Program-made: the position numbers and the translations under genes
The notes under the pieces: model-generated
The model's input: only the letters and a program-made list of their open reading frames with translations
What the model was told of the DNA's origin: nothing
Database searches by the model: none
NCBI GenBank assembly: GCA_025455795.1
Contig: JALOLW010000033.1
Coordinates: 1-32,131 of the forward strand
Length of the DNA: 32,131 nucleotides
Direction: 5' to 3'
Source of the DNA: Spirosomataceae bacterium
GTDB taxonomy: Bacteria; Bacteroidota; Bacteroidia; Cytophagales; Spirosomataceae
Shown here: piece after piece, positions 18,537 to 26,460 of the stretch
Numbering within the stretch: the first letter of the stretch is position 1
Layout: each line of letters opens with the position of its first letter

Positions 18537-18620
18537 CCGCGGCGGCGGACCGTACAGATTGAACGGGTCTGAACGGATAAAAAACAGCTTCTGTTTCATC
18601 AGTTCAATCCGCCGCTGCGG
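18537..18620. repeat. Large imperfect stem-loop between the leader ORF and the receptor
   Basis: CCGCGGCGGCGGA (18537-18549) pairs with TCCGCCGCTGCGG (18608-18620); GATTGAAC (18557-18564) pairs with GTTCAATC (18602-18609). Confidence 0.65.
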
Positions 18621-18637
18621 TTTTCTATCAACGCAAT

Positions 18638-19030
18638 CTAAACAAACGCAGGAGGGCGTAGCAACGCGGGGGAGTAGTCGGTGAGTGGGCGCGACTGGTA
18701 GGAAAATAAAGTAGTAGTTTTTACTTCAAAAATTTTGCTTAGAAACAGGTCAAAAAGTTGGTCGTCAAAGACATCTTCCAGCACTTTTTTGATGTTGTGG
18801 CTTTGGCGTTCGGCTTCGTTTTGGGCTTTTTCTTCGGCTATTTTGGAGAGGGTTTTGGCCAGATAACATTTACCATCGCAGTGCAGCTCAGGCTTGAAGC
18901 GATTTTCGCAGAGATGCTGTACGATGTAGTCTTTGCGTAACTCAAAATCCAAATACACCACTGGCACGAGCAGCGTTTTGATGCTGACCAAGGCCAATAA
19001 AAGCAATGCTATGTGGTTTTTGAACGACAT
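18638..19030 (-). CDS. Small membrane-anchored Cys-motif protein with C-terminal RPP; candidate metal-sensing leader (CruR/CutF-like architecture)
   Basis: N-terminal hydrophobic segment, CENRFKPELHCDGKC, ends LLRPPAFV; first gene upstream of a TonB-dependent receptor; the ORF is well supported, the function is inferred. Confidence 0.65.
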   Translation of the reverse strand: MSFKNHIALLLLALVSIKTLLVPVVYLDFELRKDYIVQHLCENRFKPELHCDGKCYLAKTLSKIAEEKAQNEAERQSHNIKKVLEDVFDDQLFDLFLSKIFEVKTTTLFSYQSRPLTDYSPALLRPPAFV

Positions 19031-19050
19031 AATTGGGTGAAACCGTGTTG

Positions 19051-19095
19051 CAAATATAAACGAAATAGGTCAAATATAAATTGATTTCGGTCAGT
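19051..19095 (-). promoter_or_regulatory. Promoter of the leader-receptor unit with a Crp/Fnr-like box
   Basis: TATATTTG on the minus strand at 19058..19051 (duplicated at 19078..19071); TTGAT-TTCG-GTCAG at 19081-19094. Confidence 0.5.
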
Positions 19096-19098
19096 TTT

Positions 19099-19389
19099 TT
19101 ACCTAAACAACATCATCTTGAAATCAGTCAGGGCATTGACCGAATGTTGTTGTTTGGCCTTGAACGAAAGCCCGTCGCCTGGTGATAAAAATATGGCTTC
19201 GCCTTCCAAATTGAAGTTGGCGTTGCCTTCCAAGACGTAAATAAACGCATCGGTCGGCGAGGCGTGCGGGTCGAGTCGCTCGCCTTTTTGGAGGCTAATG
19301 AGCACCACCCGAAAATGCTCATTCGCCTCCAATTTTTTGGTTTTGACACCTTCGTAAGGCACCAAATCGGGTACGTTGTGTAACAGCAT
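19099..19389 (-). CDS. Cupin domain protein
   Basis: LQKGERLDPHASP, VLEG, LSPGD, QHSVNA. Confidence 0.85.
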   Translation of the reverse strand: MLLHNVPDLVPYEGVKTKKLEANEHFRVVLISLQKGERLDPHASPTDAFIYVLEGNANFNLEGEAIFLSPGDGLSFKAKQQHSVNALTDFKMMLFR

Positions 19390-19401
19390 GGCCGTAAGCG
19401 A

Positions 19402-19947
19402 TTATTTGGGAACTACCACCGCATCAATGACGTGAACGTAGCCATTGGAGGCCCGTACCGAAGCCAAAATCTTGGCATCGCCGATATAGACATCTTTGCC
19501 TTTCACTTTGAAAGTGGCGTTGGTGCCGTCCACCATGCCCATGCTTTGGCCGTCTTGAAAGAAATCGGCAGCCAGCGCAGAGGTCATCACGTGGTGTTCC
19601 AAAATGGCTTTGAGTTTGTCTAAATTTTCGGGTTTGAGCAAATCTTCCACCGTACCAGCGGGGAGTTTGTCAAAGGCCGCGTTGGTGGGGGCAAATACCG
19701 TAAACGGCCCCGCGTTGGAGAGGGCATCTACCAAGCCCGCTGCTTGCACGGCTTTCACGAGGGTGGTATGGTCGGGCGAGCCAACGGCCACTTTGACTAC
19801 GTCTTTCTGGGAGTCATCGTCTTGCACGCCCGACTGTCCTGCGGCGGGGGCTTCGGTAGTGGTAGTAGTTTGGTTGTCTGATTGTTGTGACGATTGGCAG
19901 GCCGCCATCAATACGACTACCGCCAAAGAAAAGAATTGAATTTTCAT
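19402..19947 (-). CDS. Fasciclin (FAS1) domain lipoprotein
   Basis: Lipobox MAAC; GPFTVFAPTNAAF, ASNGYVHVIDAV. Confidence 0.93.
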   Translation of the reverse strand: MKIQFFSLAVVVLMAACQSSQQSDNQTTTTTEAPAAGQSGVQDDDSQKDVVKVAVGSPDHTTLVKAVQAAGLVDALSNAGPFTVFAPTNAAFDKLPAGTVEDLLKPENLDKLKAILEHHVMTSALAADFFQDGQSMGMVDGTNATFKVKGKDVYIGDAKILASVRASNGYVHVIDAVVVPK

Positions 19948-19991
19948 TTTTTGGAAAGGTTTAAATTGTCAAAAAAATTGGTCGTGAAAAA

Positions 19992-21449
19992 TTATGGAAC
20001 TCTGACAATTTTTGTGGCTAACCTCATCCCCATCCCTTCTCCTGCCAGGAGAAGGGGGCAATACATAGTCCCTCTCCTGACAGGAGAGGGATACAAATCC
20101 TTTTTGCTAAAAATCCGCGTGGCTACGGCCACTGGCCAAGCGACCCAGACCAAAAGCACCGCTAACGCCACCAAAAGGCCGTATTGGGTACTGAAAAAAT
20201 CTTGGAAAACCGCCCCCGTGAAGCCCATCAACGCCGAAATGTCCATTTTCATCAGCACCATCACCCGCGCCAAATCAGTAGGGTTGAGGGCGGTGAGGAG
20301 CAGCATGGGTTTTTCGAGGGGATAATCGCTGAACGAAAACAAAATGCCCAGCACCAGCCCGTCATAAACCAGCGCAAAATAAAACCACAGGACCAAGGCC
20401 AGTCCGATGCCTTTGGCTTTGTCGCGGGTGACGACTGCCGCCAAAAACGCCAACGAAACGAAAGTAAGGGTAAGTAGCAACCCGCTGATAATCAGTACGG
20501 CACCGCGTTGGCTTCCGTCAAACAGCACCGTAGGCACGCCCAAGCCCACCAAAAACGCCAAACTCAACGAGGCCGCCACGCCCGCGTACTCGCTCAGAAA
20601 AATCCGCTGCCGACTTAGCGGCTGCGCCAGTAGCAGTTCGATAAATTCGTAGGAATTGTAAAAATGAATGGTCGAAAAAATGATGCTGACCAGCGGCACT
20701 ACCATCAAAATGATATTGAGCAGGCTCAAAAGCCCTTTGTTGGAGTCGGATTCAAACCCGAAAAAACTGAGCGTAATGGCCAGCAACAACGCGGTGTAGC
20801 CCAGCACGAAGCGGTTGCGAACAATGTCGTACAGGACGTATTTGGTGATTTTGTTCATTGTCTTTTCGAGGTCGTCTAAGTCGGCCATGACGTGGGAGGT
20901 AATCAAAATCAGCTTGCCTTTGGCGTGTTCGCGTTGGATTTTTTCTTTCAACAACTCACTCGCCAACGGGTCCAACCCCGCCGTGGGTTCGTCGAGAATC
21001 AGCACGGGCGGGTCAAACAAAAACGCCAGCGCCGCGCTTACTTTCTGTTTGGTTCCTCCCGACAGCGTGCCGAGGGCTTTGTCAAACATGGCTCGTAGTC
21101 CAAACGTGTCGAGCAGGTCTTCGTCGAGGGTATTGCTATTTCCTTTTCGCAAGTCCTTCATCATTTCAAACAACTGCCTGATTTTCAGATTGGCAGGGTA
21201 ATGCCCAATCTGCGGCATATAACCGATTTGGGTGCGGTACTGATACGCGCCTTGTACGGGTTGATTGTCAAAATAGACCGTTCCTGCATCGGGAATGACC
21301 AATCCCAAAAGGATTTTGATGAGCGTGGTTTTGCCCGAGCCATTGGGGCCAATCACGGCCACGGCGCGGCCTCGCTCCAAGCGCACGTTTACATCGCGCA
21401 AGACGGTCAGCTTGCCAAATGATTTGTGAATATGTTCGGTACGAATCAT
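19992..21449 (-). CDS. nosFY: NosF-NosY in-frame fusion (C-terminally truncated ABC ATPase + permease) with a repeat-derived 33 aa tail
   Basis: GPNGSGKTT, LSGGT, LDEPTAGLDP, ITSH, then MNKITKY (ATG 20858) permease with ELLLAQP, LNPTDLAR and KKDL; follows nosD. Confidence 0.85.
   Translation of the reverse strand: MIRTEHIHKSFGKLTVLRDVNVRLERGRAVAVIGPNGSGKTTLIKILLGLVIPDAGTVYFDNQPVQGAYQYRTQIGYMPQIGHYPANLKIRQLFEMMKDLRKGNSNTLDEDLLDTFGLRAMFDKALGTLSGGTKQKVSAALAFLFDPPVLILDEPTAGLDPLASELLKEKIQREHAKGKLILITSHVMADLDDLEKTMNKITKYVLYDIVRNRFVLGYTALLLAITLSFFGFESDSNKGLLSLLNIILMVVPLVSIIFSTIHFYNSYEFIELLLAQPLSRQRIFLSEYAGVAASLSLAFLVGLGVPTVLFDGSQRGAVLIISGLLLTLTFVSLAFLAAVVTRDKAKGIGLALVLWFYFALVYDGLVLGILFSFSDYPLEKPMLLLTALNPTDLARVMVLMKMDISALMGFTGAVFQDFFSTQYGLLVALAVLLVWVAWPVAVATRIFSKKDLYPSPVRRGTMYCPLLLAGEGMGMRLATKIVRVP
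19995..20090. mobile_element. Second, one-ended copy of the MITE-like repeat, overlapping the nosY 3' end
   Basis: 19995-20075 is identical to 4502-4598 apart from a 16-nt insert in the latter; continues into a second hairpin CCCTCTCCTGaCAGGAGAGGG. Confidence 0.85.
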
Positions 21450-22699
21450 CGGAGTCGGTTGGGTTTCATTTGAGGAGTTTCGTCTTTGAGGGCTTCGGGC
21501 GTGAAGCTCGGAATGATTTTTTCGATGCGGTCGAGCAGCATCACCGTAAAACTCCGCATCAGCATCATGGCTTGGGGTAGCCGCTCAATGACCGTGGCGT
21601 AAAGACTCACGGGCCGAAAAGGCACGTCGCCGATACCGTCGCGGTTGAGGTCGTAGCCTTCGTATTTGTCCCAGTAGTTGTGCGTCACTTTGTTGAGTAC
21701 CACGTCGCCGTTGGTGGCTACGTCGAAGGTATTGCCTCTGAAATTGCTGTAACTGAGGGTATTGTCGTCGCAGTTGGCTTGCACGCGCACGGCGTAGCCA
21801 TTTTCTACAAAATCATTTTTGGTAAAGACCGACCGACTGCATCCTTCCATATAGACCCCGATGGTGTTGGTCCGAAAGATATTTTGCTCAATGTGGCTGT
21901 CCGAAATGTCTTTCAAGAGTAGTCCGTAAGCCGCGCCACCCCAATTTCGCTCAAAGACATTGTGCTGCATGGTCACAAATTTGGTGTACATGACCGCCAC
22001 CCCCGCGCCATTTTGGTGGAAGTGATTGTAGCGATAGGCGTTGTTGTGCGAAAACATAAAATGCAGGCCGTAGCGGATGTTTTGGTGGCTGTCGTTGCGC
22101 TCAATGATGGAGTTGGTCACAAACTCAAAATAAATTCCGTCGCGGTGGCCTTGCACGTGGTTGTCGGTGATAAAGACGCTGTCGCACTTCCAAGCGTGGA
22201 TGCCATTGCCCGTATTTTGTTCTTCTTGCGGATTACCGCGCACGTCGTTGTTTTTGACCAAACAATGGTCAGAAGCCGACAGATAAATGCCAAAGTAGCA
22301 GTTGCGGAGGCGGTTGCCTACGACCCGCACGTAGCTCGATTCGAGAATTTTGATGGCTGCCCAATCAATCATACTTGTTACGCCTACGTTTTCAAATTGA
22401 ATGCCCTCGATGCTCACGCCGTCGGCTTTGATGGTAAAAATCTCACCTTTTTGCTGGATGTCCAACACGGGAAAGCCCCGTCCGATGACCGTCAGTGGTT
22501 TGTCAATGACGATGTTGCTGACGCGATACAAGCCCTTCTCAATCAAGACAGTATCAAAGGCACTGGCCGTGGCGATGACACGGGCGAGGTGTTGAGAAGG
22601 CGTTATTGTCCATACCTTGGCCCGTGCATTTGTTGCCATCAAACAGGCCAAAAAGAGCAGTAGGATTGTGGGACGATATTTCCAATCAAAAAAGCGCAT
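21446..22699 (-). CDS. nosD: Nitrous oxide reductase maturation protein NosD
   Basis: GNGIHAWK, RDGIYFEF, RYGLHFMFS, NYWDKYEGYDLNRDGIGDVP; start reassigned to ATG 22699 (MRFFDWK..., signal peptide). Confidence 0.95.
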   Translation of the reverse strand: MRFFDWKYRPTILLLFLACLMATNARAKVWTITPSQHLARVIATASAFDTVLIEKGLYRVSNIVIDKPLTVIGRGFPVLDIQQKGEIFTIKADGVSIEGIQFENVGVTSMIDWAAIKILESSYVRVVGNRLRNCYFGIYLSASDHCLVKNNDVRGNPQEEQNTGNGIHAWKCDSVFITDNHVQGHRDGIYFEFVTNSIIERNDSHQNIRYGLHFMFSHNNAYRYNHFHQNGAGVAVMYTKFVTMQHNVFERNWGGAAYGLLLKDISDSHIEQNIFRTNTIGVYMEGCSRSVFTKNDFVENGYAVRVQANCDDNTLSYSNFRGNTFDVATNGDVVLNKVTHNYWDKYEGYDLNRDGIGDVPFRPVSLYATVIERLPQAMMLMRSFTVMLLDRIEKIIPSFTPEALKDETPQMKPNRLR

Positions 22700-23726
22700 A
22701 TACTTCTTTCCAAGTGAGGAGTTTGGCATCGGCAAATTGGGCTTTGGTGGCCTCGGCAGCGGCGCGGTCGGCAAAAGCCGCCACATCGCCGCGCATGGGG
22801 CTGCGGAGTTCGCGGCTATTGACAAATACCGCCGTGCGCGCGTCAATCAGTTCGCCAGGGCGAGTGTAGTCGTTGACTACCAAAAATTTCAACGTGTTTT
22901 CGTCAATCGCGTTTGTTTTCAAGTATTTGACCGTACAACTTAGGTCATCGAACTTAAACGCCTTGCCTTTGTCAGAAACGATTTCGGCGGCAAATTTTTT
23001 GTCCATAATCGTCATCTTGCAAAACACGCAAGCATCTTGCCCGTAGCGAATAGGTTCGGGTCCCTCGGCGCAGCCAAAAGACATTGCGCCCAAGCCCATC
23101 ACTACGGCCACGGCGGCAGGGGCAAAAGTGCGCGGCGCGGCGCGGGTTGGTTTTTCTTTGCAAAAATAAAACTCACAAGCTACCGCCGTCGCTACCAAAA
23201 TCCCCGCGAAGATAAACACCCAGCCGCCCGTGTCGGGTATCGAATACGCCCCAAAGTTGAGCAATTCTTTGTAGCCAATGAGGGGCGGTTGGTATGACAT
23301 CCCCGGCACTTTGATGGCCGCGTCGGGGCTGAGGTTGTGGCCGTATTGATAACCCCACCGCCAAAAATCGTATAAGGCTACTACGCCCGCCAACACCATG
23401 AGAATCAGGTAGCTGACGAGCATTTTACGGCTTTTGAGCAAGGCCGTAAGCAACCCAAACACTATGTAAAAACCCACCGCGTAGGGCAGAATCTGGAACT
23501 CTGGAAACATCTCCTCCTTGATGTGCGCCATGCCGATGTAGTGGTTGAGACCGTTGATGATTTCGACATCACCCGAAAGTTTGTTGAGCCAGATGTACAT
23601 AGACAGTCCTTCGGGGTACTGCGGTGCCCAGAGGTCTATGCGCCACAGTGGCAGAAAGTAGGTAGCTATCAGCGACACCGAGACCGCGACGAGCATTCCA
23701 AGACTGAGTTTTTGGAGTGGTTTCAT
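22686..23726 (-). CDS. nosL: NosB-like membrane protein fused to a NosL copper chaperone
   Basis: PLWRIDLWAPQYPEGL, LNHYIGM, YGHNL, YQPPLIG (NosB-like); CVFCKMTI, FDDLSC, SPMRG (NosL). Confidence 0.85.
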   Translation of the reverse strand: MKPLQKLSLGMLVAVSVSLIATYFLPLWRIDLWAPQYPEGLSMYIWLNKLSGDVEIINGLNHYIGMAHIKEEMFPEFQILPYAVGFYIVFGLLTALLKSRKMLVSYLILMVLAGVVALYDFWRWGYQYGHNLSPDAAIKVPGMSYQPPLIGYKELLNFGAYSIPDTGGWVFIFAGILVATAVACEFYFCKEKPTRAAPRTFAPAAVAVVMGLGAMSFGCAEGPEPIRYGQDACVFCKMTIMDKKFAAEIVSDKGKAFKFDDLSCTVKYLKTNAIDENTLKFLVVNDYTRPGELIDARTAVFVNSRELRSPMRGDVAAFADRAAAEATKAQFADAKLLTWKEVYALF

Positions 23727-23751
23727 GTTATTTTCTTTTAAACTGCCCGTA

Positions 23752-23784
23752 AACTTCCCGAAAGTTCAAAACTTTCGGGAAGTT
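23752..23784. repeat. Perfect 15-bp-arm palindrome between nosZ and nosB-L
   Basis: AACTTCCCGAAAGTT caa AACTTTCGGGAAGTT. Confidence 0.85.
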
Positions 23785-23799
23785 AGAGTTAGTTTGAGG

Positions 23800-25839
23800 T
23801 TACTTCATCGCCAGTTTGGTGCCTTTGATTTTGGCGACATTAGCGGTTTTTTGTTCGGCTTCGGTCGTGGCGGTTTTGCCCGTGTGCCACGTGAGCGGTA
23901 CGTTGCTACCCGCAGGCGACACCCGCACGTAGCCTTGCATTTCTTGGTGCAGTGCCGAGCAGAAATCGGTGCAGTACATGGGTGTGACACCCACTTTGGT
24001 TGGTTTCCATTTGAGGGTTGAAGTTTCGCCGGGCATGATGAGTAGCTCGGCGTTTTGGGCACCGCGCACCGCAAAACCGTGCGGTACGTCCCAGTCTTGT
24101 TCGAGGTTGGTCACGTGGAAATATACCTCATCGCCCATTTTAACTCCTTCAATGTTATCGGGTGCAAAGTGCGAGCGGATGGCCGTCATATAGACGTGTA
24201 CTTCGTTTCCTTTCCGAACCACCTTGGTTTCTTTTTCACCTTTGGAAACGTAGGGGTGCTTATTTTCTTCGAGTTTGAAGATTTTGAGCGAATTTTTCTC
24301 GACCAATGACGCTGGAATCGCCTCGGCGTAGTGCGGCTCACCGATGGTCGGGAAGTCGAGCAGGAGCTTCATTTTTTCGCCCGTGATGTCGTACAACTGC
24401 GCCGATTGGGTCAATTCGGGGCCCGTGGGCAGGTAGCGGTCTTTGGTGATTTTGTTGTATGCAATCACGTATTTGCCGTGGGGCTTCATGGTAGGCCCGC
24501 CGGGGATACACAAGTGACCCACCGAATAGTAAGTAGGTACGCGGTCCACGACTTCGAGTTTTTCGATGTTCCATTTCACCAGTTCAGACGACACAAAAAA
24601 CGATGTGATGGCGTTGCCCTGTCCGTCAAACTCGGTATGGAGTGGCCCCAAGCCGGGCTTTTTGACCTCGCCGTGCAGTACGGCATCGTATTTCAAAACC
24701 GGAATGCCCGCAAAATCACCGTCAAAGGTTTTGGCCGAGATGGCTTGCTGCATTTTGTCAAACGAAAATACAGGAATCACCGCTGCCAACTTGCCCGAAC
24801 CTACGATAAACTTGCCCGTGGGGTCCACGTCGCAGCCGTGTGGCGACTTGGGGCATGGCATAAAATACAACATACCGGGGCAATCTTTGGGGTCGAGGGT
24901 CATCACCTCGTTGATAATGGTCGAAGTGGCCGAGTGGGTTTCGTCGCTATACACGTTGTGGGCAAACTTCGCCGCTTCTTTTTTGCCTTTGCCTTGGGCC
25001 AAAAACTCCTCGGCTTTTTTCCAATTGACCGCCAAGATGAAGTCTTTGTCTTTTTGGGAGGCGTTTACTTCCAGCAGTGTGTTGGCCTGCTCGGTGTTGT
25101 AGCACGAGAAGAAAAACCAGCCGTCTGAAGGCCCGCGCCCGCAGCGTGCCAAGTCGAAACTCACGCCTGGGGTTTTGATTTGGAACTTAATGCCGAGCCG
25201 TCCCGTGGTTTTGTCAATGTTGATAAAACTGATGTAGCCTTTGAAATTTTGTTTAAAACTGCTGATAGGCACGTCGGCGTTGGCATCGGGTGGTACCGAA
25301 AACCGCGAACTTGCTACGGCGTATTCGGTGTTGGCGGTAATAAACGGCGAGGAGTGGTTGCCACCCGAATTGGGGATTTCAATGATTTCTTCGGTGCGGA
25401 AAGTCGAAAGGCTAATCCGCGCAATCCGAGGTGTGTTGTTGCCATTGACAAACGCCCAACGTCCGTCGTGTTCGCCGTTGGTCATCGAAAGGGCGATGTG
25501 GTGGGAGTCGTCCCACGGCACAAATCCGTGCGAGGTATTGAGCATGGGCTTGGTTTCTTCGGTGTAGCCCCACCCGTTTTCGGCGTGTTGTGAAAACACG
25601 GGTATATTGCGAAACACCCGCCCCGAAGGCAGTCCCACGACCGATACTTGGCCGTTGAAACCACCCGAAACGATGTTGTAAAACTCGTCGTGCTTGCCCG
25701 GGGCAACATACACCTTCTCGGCGGCATCGCTCGCCATAGACGATTCGGCACTTGCTTTGCCCGCATTTTCGGGTTTGCAGGCCAAAAAGCCTCCTACCAG
25801 CACCGCCAACGCGATGCCACTAATGACATTGGTTTTCAT
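23800..25839 (-). CDS. nosZ: Clade II (Sec-dependent) nitrous oxide reductase
   Basis: CuZ His motifs DDSHH, GNH, SPHGC, GPLHTEF, VGHL, GEPHY; CuA VPHGF and CTDFCSALHQEM; no RR motif, lipobox-like FLAC; start reassigned to ATG 25839 (MKTNV). Confidence 0.98.
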   Translation of the reverse strand: MKTNVISGIALAVLVGGFLACKPENAGKASAESSMASDAAEKVYVAPGKHDEFYNIVSGGFNGQVSVVGLPSGRVFRNIPVFSQHAENGWGYTEETKPMLNTSHGFVPWDDSHHIALSMTNGEHDGRWAFVNGNNTPRIARISLSTFRTEEIIEIPNSGGNHSSPFITANTEYAVASSRFSVPPDANADVPISSFKQNFKGYISFINIDKTTGRLGIKFQIKTPGVSFDLARCGRGPSDGWFFFSCYNTEQANTLLEVNASQKDKDFILAVNWKKAEEFLAQGKGKKEAAKFAHNVYSDETHSATSTIINEVMTLDPKDCPGMLYFMPCPKSPHGCDVDPTGKFIVGSGKLAAVIPVFSFDKMQQAISAKTFDGDFAGIPVLKYDAVLHGEVKKPGLGPLHTEFDGQGNAITSFFVSSELVKWNIEKLEVVDRVPTYYSVGHLCIPGGPTMKPHGKYVIAYNKITKDRYLPTGPELTQSAQLYDITGEKMKLLLDFPTIGEPHYAEAIPASLVEKNSLKIFKLEENKHPYVSKGEKETKVVRKGNEVHVYMTAIRSHFAPDNIEGVKMGDEVYFHVTNLEQDWDVPHGFAVRGAQNAELLIMPGETSTLKWKPTKVGVTPMYCTDFCSALHQEMQGYVRVSPAGSNVPLTWHTGKTATTEAEQKTANVAKIKGTKLAMK

Positions 25840-25924
25840 TTGATTGGAATTTAGATTAAAAAGATTTTTTGAGGTCTGATTGTGGCTCGTTCGGGGCTGC
25901 CCGTGCGGCACGACAGCGCGATAC

Positions 25925-26389
25925 TTATTTCACACCGTCGTTTTTACGCATAAATTCCAGAATGTTGCGGGCTTCATCGGCACTTACATTTTGGTTAGGC
26001 ATCCGTACCAAACACTCTTCGAGGAGTTTTTGGGCTTCGGCATCTTCGGCGAGCATCATATCCACATTCGTAATCATGTTGATAATCCACTCGGGCTTGC
26101 GTTTGGTGGTTAGGCCCTTCCAACTGGGGCCTACGAGGCGTGGTCCATCAAGTTTGTGGCAGGCCGAGCATTTGAGGTCATAGACTTCGTTGCCCGCTTT
26201 GACCATTGCTGGGTCGAGCGGCGTGGAGAGCTTGACCTCGGTGACCTCCGTACCGTGAACTTCGGGCTGTTTTTCCAGCACGGAGTCATCGGTTTTGGGA
26301 GCTTCGGCGCGTTGTTCGGCCCCCTTACCGCAGCCATACACAGTTGCCACGAGAGTAGCAAGCAGTACGTAGAGAAAAATCCGTTTCAT
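25925..26389 (-). CDS. Monoheme cytochrome c lipoprotein (NosC-like)
   Basis: Lipobox VYGC; CSACH; VGP; MP axial Met; directly upstream of nosZ. Confidence 0.92.
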   Translation of the reverse strand: MKRIFLYVLLATLVATVYGCGKGAEQRAEAPKTDDSVLEKQPEVHGTEVTEVKLSTPLDPAMVKAGNEVYDLKCSACHKLDGPRLVGPSWKGLTTKRKPEWIINMITNVDMMLAEDAEAQKLLEECLVRMPNQNVSADEARNILEFMRKNDGVK

Positions 26390-26460
26390 TGTTGTGTTGC
26401 ATTATGTTTTGAGGAAGGTGAATTGTCAAAGATGGCTTATCTCATCTATTTTTGACAATA

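Noticed and set aside
18425-18637. Cobalamin or other riboswitch upstream of the receptor
   Set aside because: No B12-box or TPP consensus recognised by eye; an Rfam/Infernal scan would settle it
22700-22846. 49-aa N-terminal extension of nosD
   Set aside because: Overlaps nosL in another frame; the signal peptide starts at 22699
25840-25911. 24-aa N-terminal extension of the nosZ ORF
   Set aside because: Runs through repeat DNA; the signal peptide begins at ATG 25839 after an AT-rich leader
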